Shown one piece after another: positions 25,603 through 38,349 of a stretch of DNA of 64,000 nucleotides (position 1 is its first letter; every line of letters begins with the position of its first letter). The stretch is from Phoronis australis (Eukaryota > Animalia > Phoronida), in assembly GCA_002633005.1 (NCBI GenBank), contig NMRA01000451.1:166892-230891 (forward strand), in the 5' to 3' direction. Below the pieces are notes generated by a model. The model was not told the DNA's origin, did not search any database, and saw nothing but the letters and a program-made list of their open reading frames with translations. Made by a program: the position numbers and the translations under genes.

Positions 25603-25854
25603 CTGCCGAGAGGCTTTCAGGACTTTTCTGACGCCTGATTTGAACATACAGGCATCTTTAGCCTCAAACGTTCTCCAGGAAAAGTCAACGGCTTCGAGTA
25701 ACTTCTTATCGTTGACGTCAATGGGATGAACCATTCCAGCCCTGGCTGGCAGTGGAAGCGGTTTCGTTAATGGTTTAAGTCCGCACTTGAAGTCTGTCAT
25801 CTCAATTTTACTGTTCCATGGTTGCTCCCAGACGACAGCATAACACCGATCCAC
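25603..25854 (-). CDS. Two-domain cystatin, copy 1, exon 3 (PW loop of domain 1, Pro-rich linker, start of domain 2)
   Basis: Acceptor TTTAACAG|, then VDRCYAVVWEQPWNSK...KPLPLPARAGMVHPIDVND...ASRQ, donor |GTAGGA; 252 nt. Confidence 0.92.
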
Positions 25855-27137
25855 CTGTTAAAAGATATCGTCAAATAAGGACAAAGATTGTGCCGGAGTG
25901 CGAAAACAAATTGAAGGCTGGGATGGTGCACATGCCTACGAACAGTACTCCTCCATGAACCCAATCGAACATCATTTGAAAATCTGCGTAGAATACAGGG
26001 TCAGGTAATGGATACGTTAGAAAGGCGTGTATACGACTCCACTTGCTGGAAGACAACACAGTGTGAGACGCGTGTTTCACAGAAGCTGGTGTTTTCTAGA
26101 TGCCAAGGCCACTGCGCTCTCGCTTTTCTACAATCTGTTCGCACAGCAGTCGACTCCGACATCTACAATTACGGAAAGAGTACCAATTTGATTGAGGACT
26201 TTGTTCATTACAACTAAACACGTGAAACGAACATTCATGAATATGTCTGTACATGTGAATTTGAGGCATGGTAATAAAGACCCATTGCGTGTATGTACTC
26301 GGTGGTATTACCGCCATCATGTTTGTGTACGGCAAAATAATTAAAACATGCCCTTTCTCAAAATATGAATTGTGATATTGAAGAACAAAAAATTGGATGA
26401 CCATAGCGAACAATACTTAAAAGTATTGATAACAGCACAGCTTTTACGTGATAATTTTGTTTCCAAACTCAAGCATGTATCATCATGACAACTTCCCATG
26501 TCCAGCCTAAACACGGGTACCAGTTCGTAATTCGATTTTTATATATTTTCAATGTAGGACGCAAGCGGCGATTGCTATGATTAGCAGCTTACATAGGTAA
26601 GGCTTCGAGGTGTTAGTAGCATTAACCTTAACTTACTAACTCTTAACATAGGGACCTATTAGCATTTAAACAAAAAGTTTTAGAATGGTGCAGGTTTTTT
26701 TTAAGTCTGTTATTGTTGTGCGCTTAATTTGCAACTGCTGCTAAGAAACTGCCCGAAATTTTGGATCTCCTGATAAAAATGATAAACGTCTGAAGTCCAT
26801 TGTATCACTGTGTCAAGTATTACGCTTTCATCATCTCTACCAGAACAATTTTAAATCGCTTAATTCCTTCACTCTAGATCCAGATTTTAATGGCATTCCT
26901 CAACGTTCAAACACAGACATCACGCATATTTGTCCCGAGATCACAACGTCCAGAGTTACATAAGAAATTGCCCTTTAAATGTTCTAGTTATGAACATTAA
27001 TGCATGTAAAATGAAATTGTCTTTCAAATGCCCTATTTAAGTCACGCCTCATATCACCTATATGATGGTTCAAATGCTTAGCCGAGTCCTGGTTAAGTAT
27101 GTAACCGTTTGCTTTAAAAAATCCTCTAAAAACCGAC

Positions 27138-27236
27138 GTTTACCGCTTGAACATTACAATCTTGTTTGTCCTCGCTCTTCAAGCAGTCCGTCATGCTGAA
27201 GTCAAACGTGACTTTCCAGTTCAAACCAGCCACCAC
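27138..27236 (-). CDS. Two-domain cystatin, copy 1, exon 2
   Basis: Acceptor TTTTCAG|, then VVAGLNWKVTFDFSMTDCLKSEDKQDCNVQAVN, completing QVVAG. Donor AAC|GTCGGT; an alternative in-frame donor lies at 27144. Confidence 0.85.
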
Positions 27237-27536
27237 CTGAAAAGTAAACGGGACATGAAATCTAAGAAGCTGGATACTTCTTTTAGTTGTGGTTAATGTC
27301 TTTTGAGAAACTTTTGGATTTGACAATTGGCTACTGCTTAATGTTTGAATCTGCCATGCAGAAGGCAGAGAGGACCAAATCTACCACATTCTATTACTAT
27401 TGATCCCTATATTTTATTTCAGATTCATCTTTAATGCGATAATACCTGGGTTCCGTGCAAAAGAACATTCAGCGTTCGTGATATAATGAGCAGTTTGCGC
27501 TAGTGTGACTCTCAAGCAAGAATCACGGACACTCAC

Positions 27537-27728
27537 CTGCCGCTGTGCCTCGTGGATGGTAGAGGCAACAGACTTATACATGCTGTTGGTCATCAAGTTA
27601 AGCTGATTCTCAGCAAATTTGGTGATTCTAATGACGTCATTGTTGTCCACGGGGACTGGTGACCACCCACCGCCACAACTTCCTAGCCTGAAAAGCACCG
27701 CGAGACACAAGACGTGCACAGTAGACAT
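27537..27728 (-). CDS. Two-domain cystatin, copy 1, exon 1 (signal peptide plus start of domain 1)
   Basis: MSTVHVLCLAVLFRLGSCGGGWSPVPVDNNDV...EAQRQ, ending CAG|GTGAGT in phase 0. Confidence 0.92.
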
Positions 27729-27783
27729 AGTTCTGAAGTTTCTGAACCGTTATCTTATTCCACTTGGTTTTATCTGTTATTTG

Positions 27784-27790
27784 TTTTATA
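27784..27790 (-). promoter_or_regulatory. TATA box of cystatin copy 1
   Basis: TATAAAA on the minus strand ~56 nt upstream of the ATG. Confidence 0.6.
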
Positions 27791-28139
27791 GCGTGATGGC
27801 GTTATCGGACTGCTGTTCAATCTTACCAATCGGCTTGGGCGGTTTGGAAAGGATATCTAAAATACGAATGCCATATTGAATATTATCCAATATATGTCTA
27901 AACAGGGGCTTTCAATATGTCATGAAATATGCCGTGAAATACGAAACAGTAGAATCAATCTGTAAACAATGGTAGAGGCTGTATATCACGGTTGGTTTGC
28001 AATCTCCTGGTGGAGTAAACGTCCCGTGTACAACATCGAATTTGAGTGGGATCGTTCATTTGAGTTGTCTAAAATATTGATCCAAGGCGTCGCTCCTGAA
28101 AAAGCTGCTCTAAAATCAACAGATTGACGGAAGAAAATT

Positions 28140-30052
28140 CAGCCGCTGTAAGCCGGGGACGGGGATGCCTTTCTCAATTTCTGTAAACATCACATACTTT
28201 GGTGGTTGCAATGAGCTGTAGCTAAATTGAAATACCCAAGTGGTCCGCGTCCGCCGTCGTAATCTGAGAGCATGGGAAACCCCTGCTCATTTTGTCAAAC
28301 GTCGACTACCTTAATGGACCGTAAATCTATCGACTGCACTATGAGTATCTGATCAAAAAAATAACTTTTAATCACTGAAGTGGTAGATCAGCTGCATCAA
28401 CTAATCTCACGGTCAACATTTTTAGGCGACAGATTAGACACCATGTAAATTTGTTAGGCTGCCAGTGGATCAGTTTTTTATAGGTCCGTCGAAGAATTTT
28501 GAATGCCAACACGCTGGTCGTTGAATGTTAAATTAGAGTTAAAAGTTCGCGGCTTTTAAGCTGGACTTGCATCGCAAGCAGCGGCTCTGTCCGGGGATGT
28601 AAATAAGCCAAGTATCACAAATCATGATACAAGTAAATAACAAGACAAAGATCGTGAAGTGCGAATAATTCACTGTTTTCAGTGATGTTTTTCTACAGTT
28701 TTGTTTGGAGTTCATTGAATCAAAGCTTCTAACACATGGAGATGTCAGTTACCTTCCAAAATTAAAGCAAGAGTTTGATGCTATGCTTCAGAAAGCTGAT
28801 GTGCATGAAGTCATTTAGACATGCAATCTTTAGAAACGAATGTTGAAACTATCCACATTTGCAGTTTGTGCCCAAGTAAGAGATACGAAAGTGAATTGGT
28901 GCCAGTTTTCAATGATTCTCTCGCTGACAAACCAATTAACACAGCCCATTATAAGATATTTTGAATCAGGCATACCTCGGAATCCTGCCTGCCTCCGAAC
29001 AAGTACTGTTTGGCCCTTCATTGCGTGCGGGCCAATTACCCACGTTCTGTATACATGTATATACATGCATGCAACCTCTCCAGTCGGCAATAGTTGACTC
29101 CTTGGCGATGGAGCTTTGCAGTTACAGTGGATGGCAATTCCCCATTGACAATACTCAACGATGTACGTTGTAAACTTGTGCAAAAAGAACATTTGTGCAG
29201 GGATACTGTGTCTGTACTGTAATGCTGGGTTCAATTCTACAGAAATGTGCAGTTGTAACAACTACAGTAACATCAACAACACTGACTGTATAACTTTGGG
29301 CAGCGTCTTTGACAATGAAGACGATGTATTTTAAGCCAACGATAGTAAATAGTGAGTTGTAAGTTTCATTTGGTGATTTAGTCATAGCAACTACATACTT
29401 TGATCATTATCATGTTTTTGTCTTAGACTGCTTGCTTGACACTATCAGAATTACCTAGTATTACCATACAGTCTATGTGCACATTCACAGAGATCACTCA
29501 ACTGTGTTTTTTGTTCAACATATTTCTGTTATATTATGCAAACAAGTTGTACTATATTCCATTAGTCAATGATGCAGTCACTGAAGCACATTTTATCTTT
29601 CTCAAGTGTAGTGTGTTATTTCTCTTCTCAGACAATGCTAGAATACCCTTCTAGTAACATCCAGACTTAGTTCATATTTCTTGCAACAACTGTTTGCAAC
29701 TTCTCTACAAAAATGAAACATGTAATGTGAGTGAATTGTTGTTAAATGCAATGATATTGATGAGACCTGAATACTTGTCTTACAAAAAAGTTAGGAAAGT
29801 GTTGTTTTAACAAATTTAAGTTCACTAAGCTCTTTGGTAACTATTGCGTAACTTCAATCTCAAATTTCTTTGAAGTGTGCAACTTAAGATTTTGAAAGCA
29901 CACTGGCAAATGATATAAAAAACACCAGAATAAAATCTCTCCACCCCTAAAGCACTCGACCCCTAAAACACTCCACACCTAAAGTACTCCACCCCTAAAG
30001 TATTCATAAAAAGTATTTTCTAGAAGCCCTACAAAATTCGGCCTACTGCCTA
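28140..30052 (+). mobile_element. Academ-like transposon remnant (unit A)
   Basis: 'LPPNKYCLALHCVRANY' and 'PLTILNDVRCK' followed by a Cys-rich CXC-like tail. Terminus ...AAAATTCGGCCTACTGCCTA; four 16-bp subterminal repeats at ~29938-30005. Confidence 0.7.
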
Positions 30053-32085
30053 ATTAAGGGTAAAAAACAGTTACTTCAATACAAACAAAAAGTGAGGGGA
30101 CTGATGTGAGCCTTTGAACTTGGGTTGTCACTAGTATAGTAATGCTTTGCTTAGTTAATCCACTTGGTGACTACATGTAATATTTTATTATGTTATCTTG
30201 ATAACTACTCCTCATTTCTGCTGCTTCCCATACTCGCAAAGCCCTCTTTGCCAAATTATTTTGGAGGGGACTCACGGCGAAATGTGCATTTCCAATCGTT
30301 TGGCAGTTCCTGGCGAGCCGGCTCATGAAGGGGACACATTTACATGTAACCGATGACGTCACCAGCCTTGATTTCTGTGAGAATTGGCGATGTGTAAAGA
30401 AATAAAAAACAACGAGTTTTTTTGTTTTATGGCTATGATTTAAGCTAATATCTTCCAAATCTCTATGTCCTAATAATTACAAGAAAGCGTTCTTCGGCAA
30501 TGAAACCGAATGTGTCCCTTTGAATCAGAGTCCGGTACAACTGAAGTAAAAACATAGAATAATAGGATACTAAAGGTCATGGTGACCAAACAGGTAATAT
30601 TGGGCGAACAATATTTTTGTGAAAGCGTTGACCTTGTTGAATGGCCAAAGCATTTCGTGGTCTGTGTTTTTTTCCTGAAGTCGTTCTTGTTCGCGTTTAT
30701 TCGAAAATGTCTGGCATGACATCTCGTTGATATTTTTAGCTTTCCCAGAAAACCACCCATTGCTTGCTTTTGTATGAAGGTTTTTTGTGCATTAGTAACA
30801 TTTTTACAGTTCTCCAACATCATTGTTGCGACATCATGTTGTAGAAACCCAGGTCTCAGTTTTCATCACTTCGGAACTTTCGCGTGCACATGGGCATCGA
30901 AATGTTCTGGTGAATAATTGAGGTCACGTAGGACATTGTGCGATCGATCAAGCAACCACCTGAAGGAAACCGAATAGAATCAGAAAAATCGAGAGTTATT
31001 TAGTGGCCACTCATAGCTTCCGTTAAATTGCTTGATGTCGCAAAGATAAACCTTTCGCTAAACCCAGCAAATGAAAAGTAATGCCGAATGGTCCAAACCG
31101 TGAGTACGGTGTTCGCAGCAGTTCGTTAGGTCTTTTATGAAACTAGAACACTCTGGGCATTCCGTTTCCTCAAATTATTCCTTGGAAGTGTTACATATCT
31201 ACGGCGAAGTATTGGTGCCAAGTGAAAAATAAAAAACGTCGATTATATTGTTATAACGATTTTTTAGCTTAGTCGTTATAATGGGAAATGTGAATCGTTA
31301 TAACGAGAAAGTAATTCGCTGTAACGAAATAGTCGACGTCTTTATGTTTAAAGCTGGTCATAATCATGCGCTATACAAAAGTTGTTATCACAGGGGTATC
31401 CCTGCAAATTCGAAAGCATTCTACAATTTCAAAGCGTTCCGTAAACTCAGTTTCTCGCGAAAACGGTAAGAACTCATGAGACCTCGCAAAATCAGACGAG
31501 TTAAAGGAAAGTGTCTCGCTAGTAGACCTCTGCTCGAGGCCTTACGAGTCTAACCATAGAACAAGTTCTGTCGTCTCTCCCAGCAAAATTGGCGGCCACT
31601 TAATTGATTAATTATCCGATTAAATGTAGTGTTTTTGTCCATGAGTGAAGATTTTTCACTTCGAGTGCAAGCCAATGTCTTGCGGGCTACGGAACTCTAC
31701 CCTGATGCAATTTTGGGAGTTGGCAAATGCACAGATATGAAAGACCTCCTAGGCTCAAATTTCTGCCGGAGATGAACGATTTCATCGCATGTACGGCAAT
31801 AATGTACACGTGGAATCAACTTTTTGCAGTAGAACAAGCCATTTAAACGAAAGGAACAATACGAAAAATTTACGATAATACATGTCAAACTTTATTTCAG
31901 TAGCATACACGTGGGTCCGAAATGTACTCTTATATTTCCTGAGTCGCAAATCTATCAATTGCAAAAATTGTTAATCATTAATTAACCTGTTGCAATCGAC
32001 TTTGCAATCTGATCACAGAACATCTGTGACAAATTGAGAAGATTTAGATGTTATTCCGTGGGTCCTGTTCTACCCTGAACCTTCT

Positions 32086-32190
32086 CTAATTCTTGGGTGA
32101 GCACTTTTCGAAGAGCACGACGTATCGTGGGGTACGCCACGGCTGGTCCCATACGACCACTTGACATTCTTTATTTGGGCAGGCAGAATC
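32086..32190 (-). CDS. Two-domain cystatin, copy 2, exon 5
   Basis: Acceptor TTTTAG|, then DSACPNKECQVVVWDQPWRTPRYVVLFEKCSPKN*. Confidence 0.85.
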   Translation of the reverse strand, partial: DSACPNKECQVVVWDQPWRTPRYVVLFEKCSPKN

Positions 32191-33146
32191 CTAAAATACA
32201 CCAAGTTTAATTCCAAAACAAAATACTTTTAAAGGATTATGAAGTATATATTTGTATGAACAGTAGACGTGGCTTACAATACACCTTTCTCCGCCAGTGA
32301 TTCCGAAGAGTTAGCTCCCCTCCCACTGACGCCATTAAGGTGCTGAAAACGGAGGTGTGCGCTGAGTGGTGAAAGTGTGAAAAGAACTGAAAAACTATGC
32401 CATACAAAAAACTGGAAGACAGTAGTGGGCTGTCACAACAACCAGAAGAAGCTGTACGCCTGGAAGCAATCAATTTCCAGTGAACATGGTGAAAAACGTC
32501 AACATTACCTGTGTTTGCCGCCGTTCAAGATGTTTTATATGTCTAAGAACTCAATAAGCCGAAAAGAATAGTTACGTGCAGTATACAGAAAATAATGCAA
32601 AATGATAAATAATTTTCTGTAATTGAAGAAAAGTGGATCAAATGTAACATTTTGTTTAAAATACGACAGTTCTCAAATACACAAGCGGGTGTTGTGACCT
32701 ATATTCTCGCCCGTACCCACGTGTTTGAATGCGATTCCTCCCAAAATATATTTCGAAATTAGAAAATCCTCTTTCTTCGGCTCTTTTAAAACAGTCCCAT
32801 CGAGTTCTCGTAAAAACTTTGTTTGCACTGAAATTGGTTACAACAAATTGCCTGGAATTCCAATAGCCGTATCGTTTTGGTGGCTGAATAAACCAGGCGT
32901 AACAAGCAACATAATGGTTGCATTAACGACCTCGACAGTTGCTCTTCAGTGTGGAAATCAAGATCAGACGAAAACGAAATGTTTGTTCTTAATCGAGAAG
33001 ACGAGTTGTTATTGCCCCGTATGGCTCAACTTCCAAATGTAAAAAAATTGCCATTTAATGGTATTCAGTCATTGACAATGTGATGCTTGACAATATACAT
33101 GTACTGTACGTGACAAAATTCTCCCGCTTCGCTGAAGACTTCATAC

Positions 33147-33257
33147 CTGGGCGTCATCAACTAGTTTACACTCGTTCTCAGACACAGGCACGTGCTGCTT
33201 GGCGCATTTGGAATAGCCAATCTCCATTGTGATGAAATATTTCCGGCCAGCAACCAT
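33147..33257 (-). CDS. Two-domain cystatin, copy 2, exon 4
   Basis: Acceptor TCACAG|, then MVAGRKYFITMEIGYSKCAKQHVPVSENECKLVDDAQ, donor |GTATGA. Confidence 0.85.
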
Positions 33258-34574
33258 CTGTGATAAACCAAGTGTAGGATTTTGAAGGACAGAGTCTGCA
33301 AGCGGGTGTAAGGGAGCGCGTAACGCTCCTGTTTGCATTGTCAGGTTTAAAGCTTGGTACTGGCTGAGAAGGGTGAAATTATTAATACATGTACCTGTAA
33401 GGTGTGACAAATGGAGAATCTTGAAATTGGTTGTTATCGGTAGAGCTGCCTTTTGGGAGTTCGAAGGTATCACATTTGCCTATACTTCTCGCACCCTCCT
33501 CATCAATAGTGTGGGCACAAATACTCAACGAGGGTGGAAGCAAACGCGCAATAGTTGGCAGCTGGAATAATGGCAACCTGCACACTTTACGGTTAACAGT
33601 GGGAGAGAGAAACGTAAAATTAAAACAAGTTTCGACCGGGGTCTTTTTTGCAAAGAATAAGGGTCCGTGTCCTCTTGTAGTCCCCATCCAATCCCTGTAG
33701 CTGAAAGAAATGGAGGACCACCTGGAGCAGCACCCTGAGTACCGGAGATGGCGACGACGCGGGGAGCACACTACAAACGATCTGAATTGACACAAAATTG
33801 GTGACTACCGGAGACTCGTGAAATTTATCTAAGGGCATGAGGGGCTGCACTGCCGTGTAGCACCCCAAGGACGCTAACGTTGTAGATGCCTATTCAATAC
33901 CCTTGACAGTTGTCACGTCAAATGAACTAAAATATTCAGTCATTGCCCAAAAACAGAGGAAAAGTCTGTTTTTACCCACGTCGTATTTTCAGAAGTGTTT
34001 AGCGTCTGTAAATAAGAAATGTTGTGAGGCCAAACAATAACATAACTCGGGTTGTTATCTATTCCTTTGTAAAAAGCGGTTCTGTGGTGAGATACTTTTT
34101 TGGTTGTCCGTATTTTGGCAGCTTTGAGTCGTAGAATTAATTGTGAGCATGACGATGACCAACTGACAATAAGGCTGCTTTCCGTAGAACTTAAACATTA
34201 GCTTGCACTTGCGTCAAAAATTCTTCGCTTATGGAAAAGAAACAATGAATTCTACCCCATAACTAATGAATTCAATCCCACAATGCAGCATGGCATACTC
34301 ACCGACAATTACTTCAGTGGTCGCCACGTGATTTTGAGAGATATGACTTTCCTCTGAAGAAATTTTAATTTTTGGCATTAAAAATAAAGCGGTAAAATAA
34401 CTTTCAGCAAACATACTGGCCAAATTTGTATTTGTCTGACTTGTCCCAGGTACCTTCTGTAACGACGGTTACTGTAGAAAATTGCATCACTTCAAAAAAA
34501 TTTAACATTTTAAACCGGTACAAATGATCCAGCATTTTTTAAACAAAATTTAGGTATTTGTTACAGCGTCCTAC

Positions 34575-34826
34575 CTGCCAAGATGCTTTCAGGACTTTTC
34601 TGACGCCTGATTTGAACATACAGACATCTTTAGTATCAAACGTCCTCCAGTAAAATTCAACGACTTCAAGTAACTTCTTATCGTCGACGTTAATGGGATG
34701 AACCATTCCGGGCTTAGGTGGTAGTGGAATTGGCTTCGTTAATGGTTTGAGTCCACACTTGAAGTCTGTCATCTCGATAATATCATTCCATGGTTGCTCC
34801 CACACGACAACATAACACCGTTCCAC
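34575..34826 (-). CDS. Two-domain cystatin, copy 2, exon 3
   Basis: Acceptor CAAAAG|, then VERCYVVVWEQPWNDIIE...KASWQ, donor |GTAGGA; 252 nt. Confidence 0.85.
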
Positions 34827-35128
34827 CTTTTGAAAAACAAGATCGTCAACTTGGACAAAAAATGTGCGGAAACAAATTGTAGCTGGTGATTGTGCACATG
34901 TCGTCTACCAGGTGTGGTACAATCAACCATGAGCTATGTACATTAAACACAAAACTGAGCTTGCGCGCATGTCCTATTGGGTCATAACCTGCGATGGATG
35001 CACGGCGAAATTTGGTTGGGACGCAGTGGCGCAGTCCTGCTTACAGAAAACAACCGACCGCTGGGTACTAATACAGTTTGTTTGGGTTTCCTAGGATGCA
35101 AAAGCGGGCTTTAAAGCATACCTCGAGT

Positions 35129-35967
35129 GGTTACAGCCCAATATTCTGAAATCCCAATATTCCGACAGCTCATTGTTTTGACATCCAAATGTTCAACAAT
35201 TCACCCATTGTTCCGACATATCTATATTCCGTCAGATTACCCAGTGGTCCTAGACCCCATTGTTCGGACAGCACAATAGTCCGAAAGTTTGCCCAATATT
35301 TCGCAATGGACTTTTCTCTGTTGTTTTGTTGCATTTTTACTTAGTATAAAAATTTTCACTTTGGATAACAGGTAACAGTAAAAAACAATATAAGACACAA
35401 TTCGAACAATTAAGAGGCTCAATAAATTATATCCAATGGAGAGTGCTCTCCTGATATCCGTAGAGCCAAAGATAGGAAATCAACCACAACTCCGTCACTA
35501 AACAGTCCATGTTACCCCGAGTAAGTTGGTCAAACAAAGTATAAATGGGATATAAACCCATGCAACAACAGAGGCCTAAAAAGGTGGTATCCATGTACCA
35601 GAACATGCACTCCAGATTTTGGGGAAAGATAACCAATTACATTGAATGTACTGATGTAAAAATCGCGATGATGGATACTTCCTCTCCCTCGCTTTTAACA
35701 GAATCCCTTGCAAGGGACGCAAACTCTATGGCGAACGTGAATTTTACATTTTACCATGGTTTTCAAAAGAATACAACAAGCGCTTTAGAAGAAAAAAGAA
35801 ATATAAAACTATTTATCCATTTAGCAAAGTTTATAATCATCTAAATATTAATTCTAAAGCCTTTTTGAAGGAGTTGTGGAGTGATGATCATGAATAGGTC
35901 GTTGACTTGTTACAGATTTATTAGTAGACCTTCGGACAAATGCACCTTCGGATAAATGAGCTGCTCC
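35129..35967. mobile_element. Non-autonomous TIR element with subterminal repeats, related to 20908-21660; only in copy 2 intron 2
   Basis: GGTTACAG followed by (CCCA-T-TTCCGACA)n at the left; ACCTTCGGA repeats and GAGCTGCTCC at the right. Confidence 0.55.
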
Positions 35968-36059
35968 AGAAAAAGATGTCTGTCTTTTTCGACACGGTTA
36001 CTTGGAAATCTTTTTACCAGGCCAACTATGCAAGGAATCTCTCCAGATTAATTTTAAAT

Positions 36060-36600
36060 TGTAAACGTTGTTCCCGTTTGTCAAGGTAATGACCTTAGTT
36101 AGCAATTATTGATCAATGTTAATCTTATGTACCCGTAATTTCCGGAATTTTCGAGAAAGTGGTTATCAACGAAGTTGTATGTTACTTTCATCACAAAAAT
36201 ATTATGCAATTCTCACGGTTTCAGAACTAATCACTCAATAGAGCTGACAGTTATTGGGCTAACCGACTGACTATTTAAACATCATGACAAAAACTGTAAC
36301 CAAATCACAGATTTCATGGACTTATCAAAAGCATTTGACACCATTGATCATCCAACTCTATTAAATTGACCAACTTATTGTGGTCTTTCCCATATATTAG
36401 ATTTCCCTTGGAAATAGACAGTCATTTGTCCATTTTGATTACATTGATTTCTCTTTCCTTGGTTTTACAACAGGTGTATCCTGAGCTTCCAGTTTAGGAC
36501 CATTGTTATGTTAAATACTTACGTACCTCTTCCAACGCTAAAACTTTCATGTATGCGAATGGAACTTGTCTAATAATTCCATTCACTATCAAAATAAGTT
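36060..36600 (+). mobile_element. CR1/L2-type LINE reverse transcriptase fragment in cystatin copy 2 intron 2
   Basis: 'HGFRTNHS', 'FMDLSKAFDTIDHPTLL', 'GVS*ASSLGPLL' and 'MYANGT' (decayed YADDT) in the correct order. Confidence 0.8.
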
Positions 36601-37712
36601 TGTTTTGACACTGAAACTCAAACTAGTCTGATCAATAACAGACTTAAAATTGACCTTAGAGCCAGAGAAAGCGGATAGGTACGAGCTAAACTGTCTGTCT
36701 CAAGTGAATCATAGCTGCATGAACTGACCATCGACTAGCTTTAGTTCGTCAAATTTCTTATTTTCACACTGTTAGATGTCAGTTACATTTACTTGAGGCA
36801 GCTCCCAGCTACCCGTCAGTGCACTGGCACTAAGCCCAATCTTACCCTCCGTAAAACTTTGTGGGTTCAAACCCTGGTGGCTGCATCCCCAGGATTGGCC
36901 TCCACCTTTGGCGGCGTGGAGGGTTCAATACAAATATGGCAATATGGCGGCATCCGGAGAACGAGAAGGGGTGGCGATAGGAAGAGGGGAGGCATTTGGC
37001 GAAGTCGAATTGGTTTGTGCCCCCCCCCCCCTCCCACTCAGCACAGCTTTTGCGTGATAATTTTGTTCCCAAACTCAGGGCAACTTCCCATGTCTACCGT
37101 AAACACAGCGAAAGCTGATTTTCATGCAGCTAATAATTCAATTTTTAAATATTTTCAATATACGCCGCAAGCGGCGGTTACTATGATTAGCAGGTTACGT
37201 AGGCAAGGCTTCAAAGTGTTAGTAGCATTGATCTTGAATTAATAACTCTTAATATAGAGATCTATTAGCAAATGAACAAAAAGTCTTAGAATGCAGCATG
37301 TTTTTCTCCTACTATTGTGGTATTCTTTAGAAACCGCTGCTAAGAAACTGCCCGAAATTTTGGAACCTCCAGGTAAAAAGGATCATCGTATTCTTAAGTT
37401 CACTGTATCAATGTGTGACGTATCACGCTTTCATCATCTCTACCAGAATAATTTTTAAATCTATTTCCTTCCTTCTACAACCAGATTTTACTGAGATTTT
37501 TCAACATTAAAACATGCACATCACGTATATGTGTTCCGGCTCACAACGCCCACAACTCTTTTTAAGTCATGCGCATTAATGCGTGTATAATGAAATTACC
37601 CTACTTTAAGTCGCGCGCGATAACGTGTGTATGGTGGCTTAAGTGCGTAGTGGCGTCCTAGTATGCAGGTTTTTTAATCGTTTGCTTGTAAAAATATCCT
37701 CTTAAAACCCAC

Positions 37713-37810
37713 GTTTGATCTTTGAACATACAATTTTGTTTGCCATCGCTCTTCAAGCAGTCCGTCAAGCTGAAGTCAAACGTGACTTTCCATTTCAAAC
37801 CAGCCACCAC
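37713..37810 (-). CDS. Two-domain cystatin, copy 2, exon 2 (98 nt to the homologous donor; apparent -1 frameshift)
   Basis: VVAGLKWKVTFDFSLTDCLKSDGKQNC, then TGTATGTTC where copy 1 has TGTAATGTTC; donor AAC|GTGGGT. Confidence 0.75.
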
Positions 37811-38157
37811 CTGAAAAGTAAACAGGACTTGAAATCTAAGAAGCTGGATACTTCTTTTAGTTGTGGTTAATGTATTTTGAGAAACTATTGGATTTGACGA
37901 TTGGCTATTGCTTAATGTTTGAATCTGCCATGAAGAAGGCAGAGAGGACCAAATCTACCACATTCTATTACTATTGATCCCTATATTTTATTTCAGATTC
38001 ATCTTTAATGCGATAATACCTAGGTTCCGTGCAAAAGAACATTTAGCGTTCGTGATATAGTGAGCAGTTGGCACTAGTGTTTATACTTATCCATGAAAAA
38101 GCCACATTGTATCATGCGTTGCGGTCTGACTCCTAAGTAAGAATCAAGGATACTCAC

Positions 38158-38349
38158 CTGCCACTGTGCCTCGTAGATGGTAGAGACAATAGACTTATAC
38201 ATGCTGTTGGTCATCAAGTTAAGCTGATTCTCAGCAAATTTGGCGATTCTAATGACGCCATTGTCGTCGACGGGGATTGGTGACCATCCAATGCCACAAT
38301 TTCCTAGCCTGAGAAGCACTGCGAGACACAAGACGTGCACAGTAGACAT
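38158..38349 (-). CDS. Two-domain cystatin, copy 2, exon 1
   Basis: MSTVHVLCLAVLLRLGNCGIGWSPIPVDDNGV...EAQWQ, donor |GTGAGT. Confidence 0.85.

Noticed and set aside
27414-27536. ORF-track extensions of the cystatin and EF-hand exons
   Set aside because: Read-through into introns past clear GT donors, and not conserved between the paralogues.
36840-36890. tRNA or tRNA-SINE from the B-box-like GGTTCAAACCC
   Set aside because: No A box at proper spacing and no cloverleaf visible.
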